From: an uncultured Gammaproteobacteria bacterium
GTDB taxonomy: Bacteria > Patescibacteriota > Microgenomatia > Levybacterales > UBA12049
Reading direction: 5' to 3'
Assembly: GCA_964637955.1 (NCBI GenBank)
Contig: CAZWXQ010000007.1
Location: 1-55,356, forward strand
DNA: 55,356 bases
Positions within the stretch are counted from its first letter, which is position 1. Each line of letters starts with the position of its first letter. Of this stretch, positions 26,660 through 34,863 are shown one piece after another. Position numbers and translations under genes: made by a program. The notes beneath the pieces were generated by a model, which made no database searches, was not told where the DNA came from, and saw nothing but the letters and a program-made list of their open reading frames with translations.

Positions 26660-27499
26660 CTAACTTCCAAATAGTCTACGGAAGCGGCTCGGAGGTTGAA
26701 TTGGGCCATGTGTAGCAGCTTCTGCTAATGAATCGTTTATTCTAGTAATGACTTTCCACGCATCAGACTCGGTGAAATCTAGAAGTGTTGCGACACGTGA
26801 ATAAACTTGGCTAACAGCTTCGGTAAATTCTCCGTCAGCTGTAAGTTCTGCAAGCTGTTTTAGTCTCAGTTCTTCGATTTCTCGACTATGGTTAATATTA
26901 ATCATTCCTTTAGGGGCAGAGATTTTTGCTTTTCTCGCAAGCCTAGCTCGAGCTGCTTCTACTTCTTCTTGAGTCCAAAGTTTAGGAGTGAATGTTTCGG
27001 TAGTAATCATGGCTCCTGAGTGAGGATAGTGGCTGTATTTAAATCCATACATTCCATGTTTGTATTCCTGAACATTATTGGCCAAAGTAGATTTTCCACG
27101 TGACACAGATAATTCCACAGGATCCATGTTGCCTGAAGGATTTCCAGGTCTGAGCTCTACGTGAGTACTTAAATCTTCATCTTCCCATCCAAGTAATATT
27201 CCTCTGCCACCTTGTGCCCAGAGTCCTGCATCTGGTTGATTCAAAGGCCAGGGTAATTTAGCAGGATCTAATTTAGAATCGTAACTAATTTCCCATAGTG
27301 AACTTTTTGCAGGTTTCCTGGTTACTTTTGGAGAAATCTGGAAACCAACTTCATTAGGATGTTGCTGGATTATTCCTAAATTAGACAGTGATCCAGTTAA
27401 AGAAGTATGAGCAGTTTGCACCCATTTATCTAATTTTTCAGCTGTTAAATCTTCTGGAGTCAGTACTTCGCGACCGTCAGTTTGTTCAGTCATAAACAA
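26660..27499 (-). CDS. hypothetical protein (array gene 4); likely start ATG at 27493
   Basis: The track start is TTG. ATG two codons later gives MTEQTDG, 6 nt after TGcTATAAT (the -10 TATAAT hexamer at 27500-27505). Confidence 0.5.
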   Translation of the reverse strand: MFMTEQTDGREVLTPEDLTAEKLDKWVQTAHTSLTGSLSNLGIIQQHPNEVGFQISPKVTRKPAKSSLWEISYDSKLDPAKLPWPLNQPDAGLWAQGGRGILLGWEDEDLSTHVELRPGNPSGNMDPVELSVSRGKSTLANNVQEYKHGMYGFKYSHYPHSGAMITTETFTPKLWTQEEVEAARARLARKAKISAPKGMININHSREIEELRLKQLAELTADGEFTEAVSQVYSRVATLLDFTESDAWKVITRINDSLAEAATHGPIQPPSRFRRLFGS

Positions 27500-27526
27500 A
27501 TTATAGCAAATGAGGTTTGATTCTGT

Positions 27527-27556
27527 TATGCAGGCCCTGAGTGACTATGTTGGAAG
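27527..27556 (-). repeat. conserved intergenic box, copy E
   Basis: Plus strand TATGCAGGCCCTGAGTGACTATGTTGGAAG. Confidence 0.6.
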
Positions 27557-27581
27557 TTTTTATTTAAATTCGTGATGGGAG

Positions 27582-28460
27582 TTATTTGCATTCTGTTTTT
27601 GAGCCATTTCCATCCTCAGTTCCAGAAGTATTACAAGTTTCTATTCTCGATACTGCTTCGGTAACTAATGATAATTTATATATTGAAGCCGAGGATCCTG
27701 GGCCATCACCACCGCCGCAAGTAAAATAGAAAATGTTGTTTTTCGTAAGTTGTAGAGGTTGTCTGCAGCCAAAATAAGCCATGCCTTGATCTTCGAGTTT
27801 TGAAATATTTGCAATTTCTTTTATTTCTTCGCCGTTGACAATTCCTACATACGGTACGCCTGAGCACCCGCCTCCACAAGGTCCAAGGCTGTATAAAATA
27901 ATTATTTTATCTTCTTTTGGGGCGCAAGTGGATATTTCCATAACAGATCTATCCTCAGATTTATATTTTTCTTCTAGAGTCTTAATGTAATTTAGAGTTT
28001 CAAGATCATCCAATGTAATAGTTTTATTAGTTTCATCACTTGAAGTATATTTATCGCCATACTTAGTATAGTTAGGCGTGCAATAAATAGGAGTCAGTGA
28101 ATCATCTGAGGCTTGTGTTATTTCAGTTGGATATTTTTCATTTTCAGGTGCAAAATCTTCTGTAATATCAAAATGACGTATTTTATATTCTTTAGGTAGA
28201 CTTGAGGAGAAAGTTGAGACTTGAGTAGGTATAGGAGTTGCTGTTGATTCTATATATTTTGCTTTATCAAGAGTCATGGATTTTTTTTGATGAGAGCTAA
28301 AATAAAATGCTCCAAATCCAATTAAGATCAGAAGCAAGATTATGCCACCGATAATAAGTCCCACATTTTTCTTTGAGCTCTTTTTTTCATGAATTGGGGC
28401 GGGAATGGGGCTTGTTGGAAGCGGTTGATTTTCCATGATTGAGGTATTATTTTCTTCCAT
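27582..28460 (-). CDS. membrane-anchored Cys-rich extracytoplasmic protein, hypothetical (array gene 5)
   Basis: 292 aa. TM helix VGLIIGGIILLLILIGFGAFYF. CGGGCSG and CGGGDGPGSS motifs. Confidence 0.5.
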   Translation of the reverse strand: MEENNTSIMENQPLPTSPIPAPIHEKKSSKKNVGLIIGGIILLLILIGFGAFYFSSHQKKSMTLDKAKYIESTATPIPTQVSTFSSSLPKEYKIRHFDITEDFAPENEKYPTEITQASDDSLTPIYCTPNYTKYGDKYTSSDETNKTITLDDLETLNYIKTLEEKYKSEDRSVMEISTCAPKEDKIIILYSLGPCGGGCSGVPYVGIVNGEEIKEIANISKLEDQGMAYFGCRQPLQLTKNNIFYFTCGGGDGPGSSASIYKLSLVTEAVSRIETCNTSGTEDGNGSKTECK

Positions 28461-28466
28461 GAATCA

Positions 28467-28495
28467 AGTATTCCAGCAAGGGTTTTAAATGTCAA
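28467..28495 (-). promoter_or_regulatory. promoter TTGACA-N17-AATACT, 6 nt before ATG 28460
   Basis: Minus strand reads TTGACATTTAAAACCCTTGCTGGAATACTTGATTCATG. Confidence 0.5.
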
Positions 28496-28604
28496 TGAAG
28501 GAGATTTAAACAAGGATGGAGATTTTCTTACATCTTGATTATTCGATATTGTGCGCCAAAACATTGATTAAAAACTACTTTAAAAGTATAATTGTTTTTA
28601 CTCT

Positions 28605-28676
28605 AGGGGTGTGGTGAAATGGCTATCACAGCAGTCTCCAAAACTGCTTTTCACAGTTCGAGTCTGTGCGCCCCTG
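28605..28676 (+). tRNA. tRNA-Trp (anticodon CCA)
   Basis: Hand-folded cloverleaf: acceptor AGGGGTG/CGCCCCT, D arm GTGA/TCAC, anticodon arm GCAGT-CTCCAAA-ACTGC, T arm CACAG-TTCGAGT-CTGTG. 72 nt. CCA is not encoded. Confidence 0.85.
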
Positions 28677-28681
28677 CAAGC

Positions 28682-31666
28682 TTAGTTTACGAGGAACTCC
28701 GTATCTGCTTGACCCACATCTGTAGATTCATCAGATCCTACCACTAGAGCCTTCCAGATAGTCTGTGACTGTCCAAGTGGAACAGAGAGGGTTACTTCAC
28801 CATTTGAGTCTGTTTGGACATTTGGATTCCAGTAGAGAGTATCCACAAGCCTATTAAGGCTTTCAGCTCCACCTCCACCACCGCCTCCACCACCACCGTA
28901 TGATCCGACCCACGTGAGAGAAGAAGATGCGTTTGTGGTTCTAGGTCTAAAGTAATAGAAAGAAGAATGAATTGCAGGCGTCGCGCTTTTTTTAAGTGCG
29001 TAAATTGCTTTATCTACGATGCCAAGTGATAGCTGGGCAGAAACAGGATTTCCAGAAGCATCTTTTACTTTTATTTTTACTTCTGCATTTTCACCTTTTT
29101 TATATTCACTTTTATTTGATGCTACAGAAACATTAAGAAGCTTGTGCATAGAAGGAACATTTAGACTTAAGCCTTCAGAATAGTAATTACCATTATAGAA
29201 AAAGCTAAAGACAGGTGTAATAGATGGACTGTGCTCTGCGGTAACTGGAATAGAAACTTTATTATTTCCTTTTTGGAGATGAAGGATTTGAGGATTGTAT
29301 ACTCTTCCTCTTTCAAATGTAAGTAAGACATCAAGATCAGCAGGAGAATTGACTGTGAGATTTATATTCTGTCCAAGCTGATATGAATTTTGCGCGCTTG
29401 ATATTTTTAGGAAAGTATCATATTGGTTTTGCCAAATATTCTGGACATTTGCGGTAGAATTGTTCGTAATATAAAGAGATTTTCTATTTTCTACTTTATT
29501 TCCAAACCTGTCAGTTCCTTCTATAATTACATAATTATAGCTGTCTGGTGTTAAGGTTGGTGGAAGAGTAAACGAGACTGTTCCTTTTCCATTTTCATCA
29601 GAGTTAGTTTTTCCTGATATTATTTCTTTTTCGTTTGTTCTTTCACCTGAGTAAGTGTTTTCGATTAGTCTGTAGCTAAATTCTTTATTTGCTACTTTTT
29701 CGCCATTTAACTCTTCTGTATAAAATGGAATCGAAATACTGTCACCTGGTTTGTAATCGTCTGAAGAGGGGATAAGAAATAGGTTGAATGCTCCTGCATG
29801 TCTTGTGCTGGTTGCAGCTCCTAGAATCTCATTCCCTGAGCTATCTGTCTTTTTAGCTGTAATTGTTACACTTTGACTAAGAAGTGCTTTGGAGTCCGTT
29901 GGAAATTCGACTGTAGCTTTTCCATTTTCATCAAGCTTAATTTTTTTCTTTTCTCCAAGCGGGGTGCCATAGTAGTCGTCTCCAAAACCAAAACCACCAC
30001 CACACATTCCACCAAATGAATTAATATTGAAATTTTTGTTATATACCATTTTTTCTGATTCATAATAATCAGTAGTAAATGCTTCATATTCTACTTCCTG
30101 ATTTGCCATAGGCTTGCCAGTGAAATATTTTCCAGTTATGACAAATTTAGGGCTTTCATTCCTTAAAGACTCTGGATTTTGGGCTTCGACTTTTAATTCA
30201 AAATCCGGTTTTACATATTTTGCTAGAGTATAGTACGCATAAGAACTTGAATCGTAGTAATTATTTTCTGAAGAGCTGTTTAAAGTAGCATATAGTGCTT
30301 CTGAATTATATTGCTCAGTGGGTTTTGCATCCTTTGGAATAACGAAATTTCCAGAAAACACTCCTTTTCCGTCAGTAAGAACTGTAATTTTTTCTGCTCC
30401 TTCTTGTCCGTTATAACCCCTGGTTATATAGACGGGAGTTCCACTTGAAGGCATTTTATAAAGTGAATCCGAATCCATTCTTACGATTCCTCTAAAAAAT
30501 ACTGTATCTCCTGGTTTATAAATTGGTCGATCTGTATAGAGGAAAATTTTGGTTGTTTTTTCAAGATCCTGTCTTGCTCTTATATCAGCAAGTGAAAGCG
30601 GGAGTTTTAGTGGAATAAAAACAGTTTCTCCGTCGATCGTAACTAAAGCTGCATCAACTCGCTGAGAAAAGGGAATATTAAATTCTCTCTCCATTTCATT
30701 AAATTTAGTTTCGCCAATTCTTGTAGGAGAATCTTTAAGATTATAAAAAACAGCTTCAGTTTCAGTGTTTTGTTTATTGCCATTTGAAAGATTAAAACTT
30801 GCTAAAGTTATTTTCTTATCATCTTGTCTTAAGGCCACGCCATTTTTGCTAACTATAATAAAGCTAGCTCCGTATATATTATCTTTACCATTTGTAGCTT
30901 CAAGATAATAAACTCCCGGGCCTAAATTAAATTTTTCATTTGAAGATTTAGTGGTAATTTTTTTTGTTGTGATTAAGTTGCTTTTTTGATGAGGAATGTT
31001 TTTACGAATAAACTGTTCTTCTGTGTATTTATATTGGTCTCCTTTTTCTACTTCTTTGTATGATAAGAAATTTAAAAGACTAGCGTTATCTGATTTATAA
31101 AGATTTATGGTCATTTCAGGAGATCTAGTATATTTTTGTACAGTTATTTCGACAGGTTTATCCGCAGAAAAAGACATTACTTTTCCGGTTACACTATCTT
31201 TAGAAAAAAGACTTTCTGCGTTCGTTGTGTTATCAAAGCTCATGTAATAATCTTCAATAAATGGTTTTCTGTTTTCGCTCGTAAGTCCTCCAAGAATGGT
31301 GACAGAAATATATGCATTCTCAGGCAGACTTTCTTTCGCAACAAATTTAAACTTTTTATTTCCGCTTCCATCTTTCTGAAGTGAGCCTTCTATTTCTGGG
31401 GAGATTATGAAATGATGTTGAAGCAACTCTAGATTCACAGGATCACTAAATTCAAATTTTAAGGTTTTTGGTTGATCCATTCGGTAGTCTGTAATATAAA
31501 GATATCTGCTTTCTTCGACTTGGGTTGATTCATTTTTTTGACCTAATTGCACAAATGTAATTGATCCAATAAGTACGGGGATTAAGATTAGGAGAGCAAC
31601 TAAAGTTAAGATTCTTACTTTATCATCTTTAAATTTTTGTTTTAGGAAAACCCATTTAGTGCTCAC
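28682..31666 (-). CDS. alpha-2-macroglobulin-like MG-domain protein, membrane-anchored, no thioester motif seen
   Basis: 994 aa. LYTDRPIYKPGDTVFFRGIVR is the classic MG2-domain motif. No CGEQ/CxEQ was found. A G10 run lies near the C-terminus. GTG start. Confidence 0.6.
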   Translation of the reverse strand: MSTKWVFLKQKFKDDKVRILTLVALLILIPVLIGSITFVQLGQKNESTQVEESRYLYITDYRMDQPKTLKFEFSDPVNLELLQHHFIISPEIEGSLQKDGSGNKKFKFVAKESLPENAYISVTILGGLTSENRKPFIEDYYMSFDNTTNAESLFSKDSVTGKVMSFSADKPVEITVQKYTRSPEMTINLYKSDNASLLNFLSYKEVEKGDQYKYTEEQFIRKNIPHQKSNLITTKKITTKSSNEKFNLGPGVYYLEATNGKDNIYGASFIIVSKNGVALRQDDKKITLASFNLSNGNKQNTETEAVFYNLKDSPTRIGETKFNEMEREFNIPFSQRVDAALVTIDGETVFIPLKLPLSLADIRARQDLEKTTKIFLYTDRPIYKPGDTVFFRGIVRMDSDSLYKMPSSGTPVYITRGYNGQEGAEKITVLTDGKGVFSGNFVIPKDAKPTEQYNSEALYATLNSSSENNYYDSSSYAYYTLAKYVKPDFELKVEAQNPESLRNESPKFVITGKYFTGKPMANQEVEYEAFTTDYYESEKMVYNKNFNINSFGGMCGGGFGFGDDYYGTPLGEKKKIKLDENGKATVEFPTDSKALLSQSVTITAKKTDSSGNEILGAATSTRHAGAFNLFLIPSSDDYKPGDSISIPFYTEELNGEKVANKEFSYRLIENTYSGERTNEKEIISGKTNSDENGKGTVSFTLPPTLTPDSYNYVIIEGTDRFGNKVENRKSLYITNNSTANVQNIWQNQYDTFLKISSAQNSYQLGQNINLTVNSPADLDVLLTFERGRVYNPQILHLQKGNNKVSIPVTAEHSPSITPVFSFFYNGNYYSEGLSLNVPSMHKLLNVSVASNKSEYKKGENAEVKIKVKDASGNPVSAQLSLGIVDKAIYALKKSATPAIHSSFYYFRPRTTNASSSLTWVGSYGGGGGGGGGGAESLNRLVDTLYWNPNVQTDSNGEVTLSVPLGQSQTIWKALVVGSDESTDVGQADTEFLVN

Positions 31667-31785
31667 ATATCCAGTTTATTTTAAGAATTTTAATTTTGCA
31701 ACGAGTACTTGGAAGAGGCTTTGCAGAGGATAAGTAGCTCTAAGTCTAACTCCTTACGGTGTTCGAAAGAGATTATATAAGAGGA

Positions 31786-31962
31786 TTACTTTAGCTTATC
31801 AATTTCTTTGTGTTCTGTAACTTTTCTGCAAACTTTGCAGTACTTTTTAAGTAAAAGTTTTGCTTCTGTGTTTATTTTATTTCTTTCCGTGATGTAATTT
31901 ACGTGTTTGCAAACGCTACATTTTAGTCCGAAATTTTGTCTGTGTTCACCTTTTTTTGCCAT
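31786..31962 (-). CDS. rpmG: 50S ribosomal protein L33 (zinc-ribbon form)
   Basis: Below the ORF-track length cut-off. Hand translation gives MAKKGEHRQNFGLKCSVCKHVNYITERNKINTEAKLLLKKYCKVCRKVTEHKEIDKLK, with CxxC...CxxC. Confidence 0.85.
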   Translation of the reverse strand: MAKKGEHRQNFGLKCSVCKHVNYITERNKINTEAKLLLKKYCKVCRKVTEHKEIDKLK

Positions 31963-32162
31963 ATTTTTCCCTTTGAAGTCTCAATTATAGCAGAAGTAGC
32001 TTCGAATTTAAATACCTTAGAGTTGATTGTAGGAATTCTTTCTATGCTACTCATGAGAGAAAGAAATCTCATTCGGTAAACTAGATTCGATAATTCAACG
32101 TGAATGGTGAGTAGTTCGATAAGCTCACTATCCTGATTAATCGAAGGACTTGTCGAATCCAG

Positions 32163-32234
32163 AGCCGACTGTGGGAATCGAACCCACGATCTAGTCATTA
32201 CCAATGACTTGCTCTACCACTGAGCCAAGTCGGC
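32163..32234 (-). tRNA. tRNA-Thr (anticodon GGT)
   Basis: Hand fold: acceptor GCCGACT/AGTCGGC, GCTC-AGTGGTA-GAGC, AGTCA-TTGGTAA-TGACT, GTGGG-TTCGATT-CCCAC. Confidence 0.85.
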
Positions 32235-32254
32235 GATGCCACACAGTGGCTTAG

Positions 32255-32339
32255 TGCTGAGTAAGAGATTTGCACTCCTGTAGGCCTTCCGGCCGCGTGA
32301 TCTACAGTCACGTGCGATTGACTACTCCGCCAACTCAGC
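32255..32339 (-). tRNA. tRNA-Tyr (anticodon GTA), long variable arm, unusual T-loop TGCAAAT
   Basis: Hand fold: acceptor GCTGAGT/ACTCAGC, CGTGA-CTGTAGA-TCACG, variable arm GGCC-GGAA-GGCC, T arm AGGAG-TGCAAAT-CTCTT. Confidence 0.7.
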
Positions 32340-32380
32340 GCGTCTTGGGAATGATCCTTTCGGCAATCCCAACCTTTCCT

Positions 32381-32425
32381 TTAAAAGATGCGCGGGTAGG
32401 TAATCTTCAGAGACTAAATCCGCGC
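32381..32425 (-). terminator. hairpin GCGCGG-N24-CCGCGC followed by ATCTTTT between tRNA-Thr(TGT) and tRNA-Tyr
   Basis: Inverted repeat at 32390-32395/32420-32425 with an inner stem TAGTCT/AGATTA, and a T-run on the minus strand. Confidence 0.3.
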
Positions 32426-32454
32426 GATTTGTTTAGATTTATAGATGGAATGTG

Positions 32455-32526
32455 AGCCGAGACGCGGATTTGAACCCCGGACCTGCTGTTTACAAAACAG
32501 CTGCTCTACCACTGAGCTATCTCGGC
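32455..32526 (-). tRNA. tRNA-Thr (anticodon TGT)
   Basis: Hand fold: acceptor GCCGAGA/TCTCGGC, GCTC-AGTGGTA-GAGC, GCTGT-TTTGTAA-ACAGC, T arm CGGGG-TTCAAAT-CCGCG (one G-G mismatch). Confidence 0.75.
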
Positions 32527-32589
32527 TTAGATTTAGACGCATTGCAATTTTACCAAAAATAGGAGATTTGAAGCAATGACAAGCTTGGA

Positions 32590-32851
32590 ATAGATAAATA
32601 AAAATTAATACGCCCTTTGACTAGCGCCGAAGCGCAGTCCCGTCGTCTGACGGGATACCGAGTGAGATTATCGTTTTCCCCTTGAGAAAAATAGGAAAAG
32701 CTGTTTGACTAACCTAAGTTAACCAAAACTCCGCCTCGTTGCCCCAATTTCTTGGAACTACCTCAAGGAAACTAACATAGAGGAAAAATCATAATCCTCT
32801 CTAATATCAAAGGACAGAAATAGTATATGTTTGAAATGTCTAGATGTCAAC
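32590..32851 (-). other. ORF-free region with a promoter-like element and GC-rich hairpins (candidate small RNA or tRNA-operon leader)
   Basis: Minus strand TTGACA (32845-32850)-N17-TATACT (32822-27) with no start codon following. Hairpins GCGC-CGAA-GCGC (32624-35) and CCCGTC-GTCT-GACGGG (32639-54). Direct repeat TTTGACTA x2. Confidence 0.2.
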
Positions 32852-32881
32852 GCCTTGACAGGTAATTTTAACTGTGAATTT

Positions 32882-34789
32882 TTACTCCGTAGCCCCAGGA
32901 GCTACTTCAATTCTTTTTGAATTCGAAGTTCTGAACAAGAGAGGGGAATTAAGAACAAAATCTGGTCGATAATTTATCTGAACACCAGCTTTAGTTATAT
33001 TTAACGATCCAAGATCCCTCCTTCCTGTAAGAGAGCCAAGCCCAGTATTCTTAGCATTTATAATTATACTTCCGTTTATTATAAGATCCGAATCAGCCCC
33101 AGGTCCTTTGCTTTCTATGTTAAAATTATTTTCTGCTGAGTAAATTCCTTCAATGATAGAAACATTCGGATCAACTGTAATATTACCTTGAGTGACTATA
33201 TCTCCCCCAACAATAAAAATAGCAACAGTGCCTTGTTGAACTTTTATATTACTTTTAATTGTCAGATTGCCTTTAATAAGGAAAATATAATACTTATGAT
33301 CAGATCCGCTTGTAAAAGTAATAGGTGAATTTATCGAAACATCACTTTCTGTAGCATAAATTCCTTGCGTCATGGATGATGAAAGTGTATCACTACTAAA
33401 GCTTTTCTTATTATTGAAGTTTCCTGATCTCTTTAAATTTTCTATAACATTTGTATAAGAAGTATTAAGCTCTTTTGTATCACTTGGATTTTTAAACGGA
33501 GCATTTGCGACTAACTGTTTTTGTTCATTTGCCTTGCTTGGATCATTTTGATTACTCGGTAGAGTAGTAAAGTTAAAATTATGCATTAGAAATACAATCC
33601 CATGCATCATTTTTCCAGGTAGCGTATTAGAAAAATATTGACTAGCAACCGGAATAATGTTGGTAAAGGTAGGACTCTTATATCGATCTAGCCTCATGTT
33701 TCCACCGGTTCCCTGGATCCAGCCGTCGCTGACAGGCCCAGGAGTAATAGTTACAACAGGAGTAGGAGTATTAGTTATTATAACGGCTTTTTTATTTCCA
33801 AATATATATCCAGACATTGATTTACCTTTCATCTTTAGATTGTATCCGCCAGAAGATGGTACTGTTTGTGCATATCCTACCCGAGCAGTTTGAGTTAATT
33901 CATAATCTCCATCACATATTTTTTCAAAATTAAAATTACCATTAGAATCTGTAGTTGTTGTTTTAGTGCTAGTAGTATTTGTCTTGTCTTTAAGTTTTAC
34001 GGGCCATCCCGGTAGTTTTGTGTCTTGACCTTCATCAAATGATCCAAAGTTTATTTTATCTTCAAAAACAAACCCGCTTATACTATTTGGTGAGAATATG
34101 TCTTCTGTAATATTTTTATAAATATTTGTAAGAGTCCCAACGGTTATATCTTTATTTGGATAATATTTTCCTTTACCAGTTTTTTCTCTGGATTTTTTTA
34201 CAATATCTTTTAGAAAAGTTTCGTCTGCATCTTTACCTAAGCCTATTGTGTAGTAAATTGCAGATGAATTTTTGACTTCATTTAAAGCTGCATTTTCTGC
34301 TTCTTTTTGACCTACTACATTTGGCTGGCTTTCCTGAGTTACATTTGCAATTCCATCTGTGAGAAGAATTATTACTTTATCTACATCATTATTTCCGCTT
34401 CTGTTTAATATATATTTACCTTTAAAAATACCACATTCAACACAAGTTTTACTCCCCTGGCTATTAGTAGATATATCATTAATAGATTTAATCGCTTTAT
34501 TAAAATCACTTGTTAAATAGTTTTCAATTGTAGATGATGTGGCGTATGTTGCTATTCCGACACGATTTTTTGGGTTATTTAATCTTAACATGTCTACAAA
34601 ATTTTTAGCTGAATCTTTTGCCTTTTGTAATTTTGAACCGTACATACTTGATGATCTATCGATTACCAATACAACATCAACAGGGGTGGTAGAGCAAACT
34701 TCAGCCGCATCTGATGGCCTTGGGTTTAGGATTGGAAAAAGAAAAAGTATTCCCAGGAAGAAAAATATGAGCAGGATTTTTCGAGACAT
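32882..34789 (-). CDS. secreted von Willebrand factor A domain protein with SdrD-B/Cna-B-like and beta-helix-like C-terminal regions
   Basis: Signal peptide. MIDAS VVLVIDRSSSM and LLTDGIAN. ISGFVFEDK...TTDSNGNFNFEKICDGDYEL is SdrD B-like. Confidence 0.7.
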   Translation of the reverse strand: MSRKILLIFFFLGILFLFPILNPRPSDAAEVCSTTPVDVVLVIDRSSSMYGSKLQKAKDSAKNFVDMLRLNNPKNRVGIATYATSSTIENYLTSDFNKAIKSINDISTNSQGSKTCVECGIFKGKYILNRSGNNDVDKVIILLTDGIANVTQESQPNVVGQKEAENAALNEVKNSSAIYYTIGLGKDADETFLKDIVKKSREKTGKGKYYPNKDITVGTLTNIYKNITEDIFSPNSISGFVFEDKINFGSFDEGQDTKLPGWPVKLKDKTNTTSTKTTTTDSNGNFNFEKICDGDYELTQTARVGYAQTVPSSGGYNLKMKGKSMSGYIFGNKKAVIITNTPTPVVTITPGPVSDGWIQGTGGNMRLDRYKSPTFTNIIPVASQYFSNTLPGKMMHGIVFLMHNFNFTTLPSNQNDPSKANEQKQLVANAPFKNPSDTKELNTSYTNVIENLKRSGNFNNKKSFSSDTLSSSMTQGIYATESDVSINSPITFTSGSDHKYYIFLIKGNLTIKSNIKVQQGTVAIFIVGGDIVTQGNITVDPNVSIIEGIYSAENNFNIESKGPGADSDLIINGSIIINAKNTGLGSLTGRRDLGSLNITKAGVQINYRPDFVLNSPLLFRTSNSKRIEVAPGATE

Positions 34790-34863
34790 AATAATAGGCT
34801 AAACTAAGAGTAATATAGATTCAAAGTTAAAGTCAACTCAAAACGAGGTTTTAAATGTAAAAT

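Noticed and set aside
16571-31758. Shared ATAAGTAGCTCTA...TTACGG motif at 16571-16596 and 31729-31758
   Set aside because: The exact match is only 13 nt. In 55 kb of AT-rich sequence, dozens of 13-mer coincidences are expected. The extra flanking similarity is too weak to call a repeat family without a genome-wide search.
31923-32455. ORFs 31923-32204 (-) and 32270-32455 (+)
   Set aside because: They overlap the hand-folded tRNA-Thr/Tyr genes and the rpmG start, and are artefacts of the tRNA cluster.
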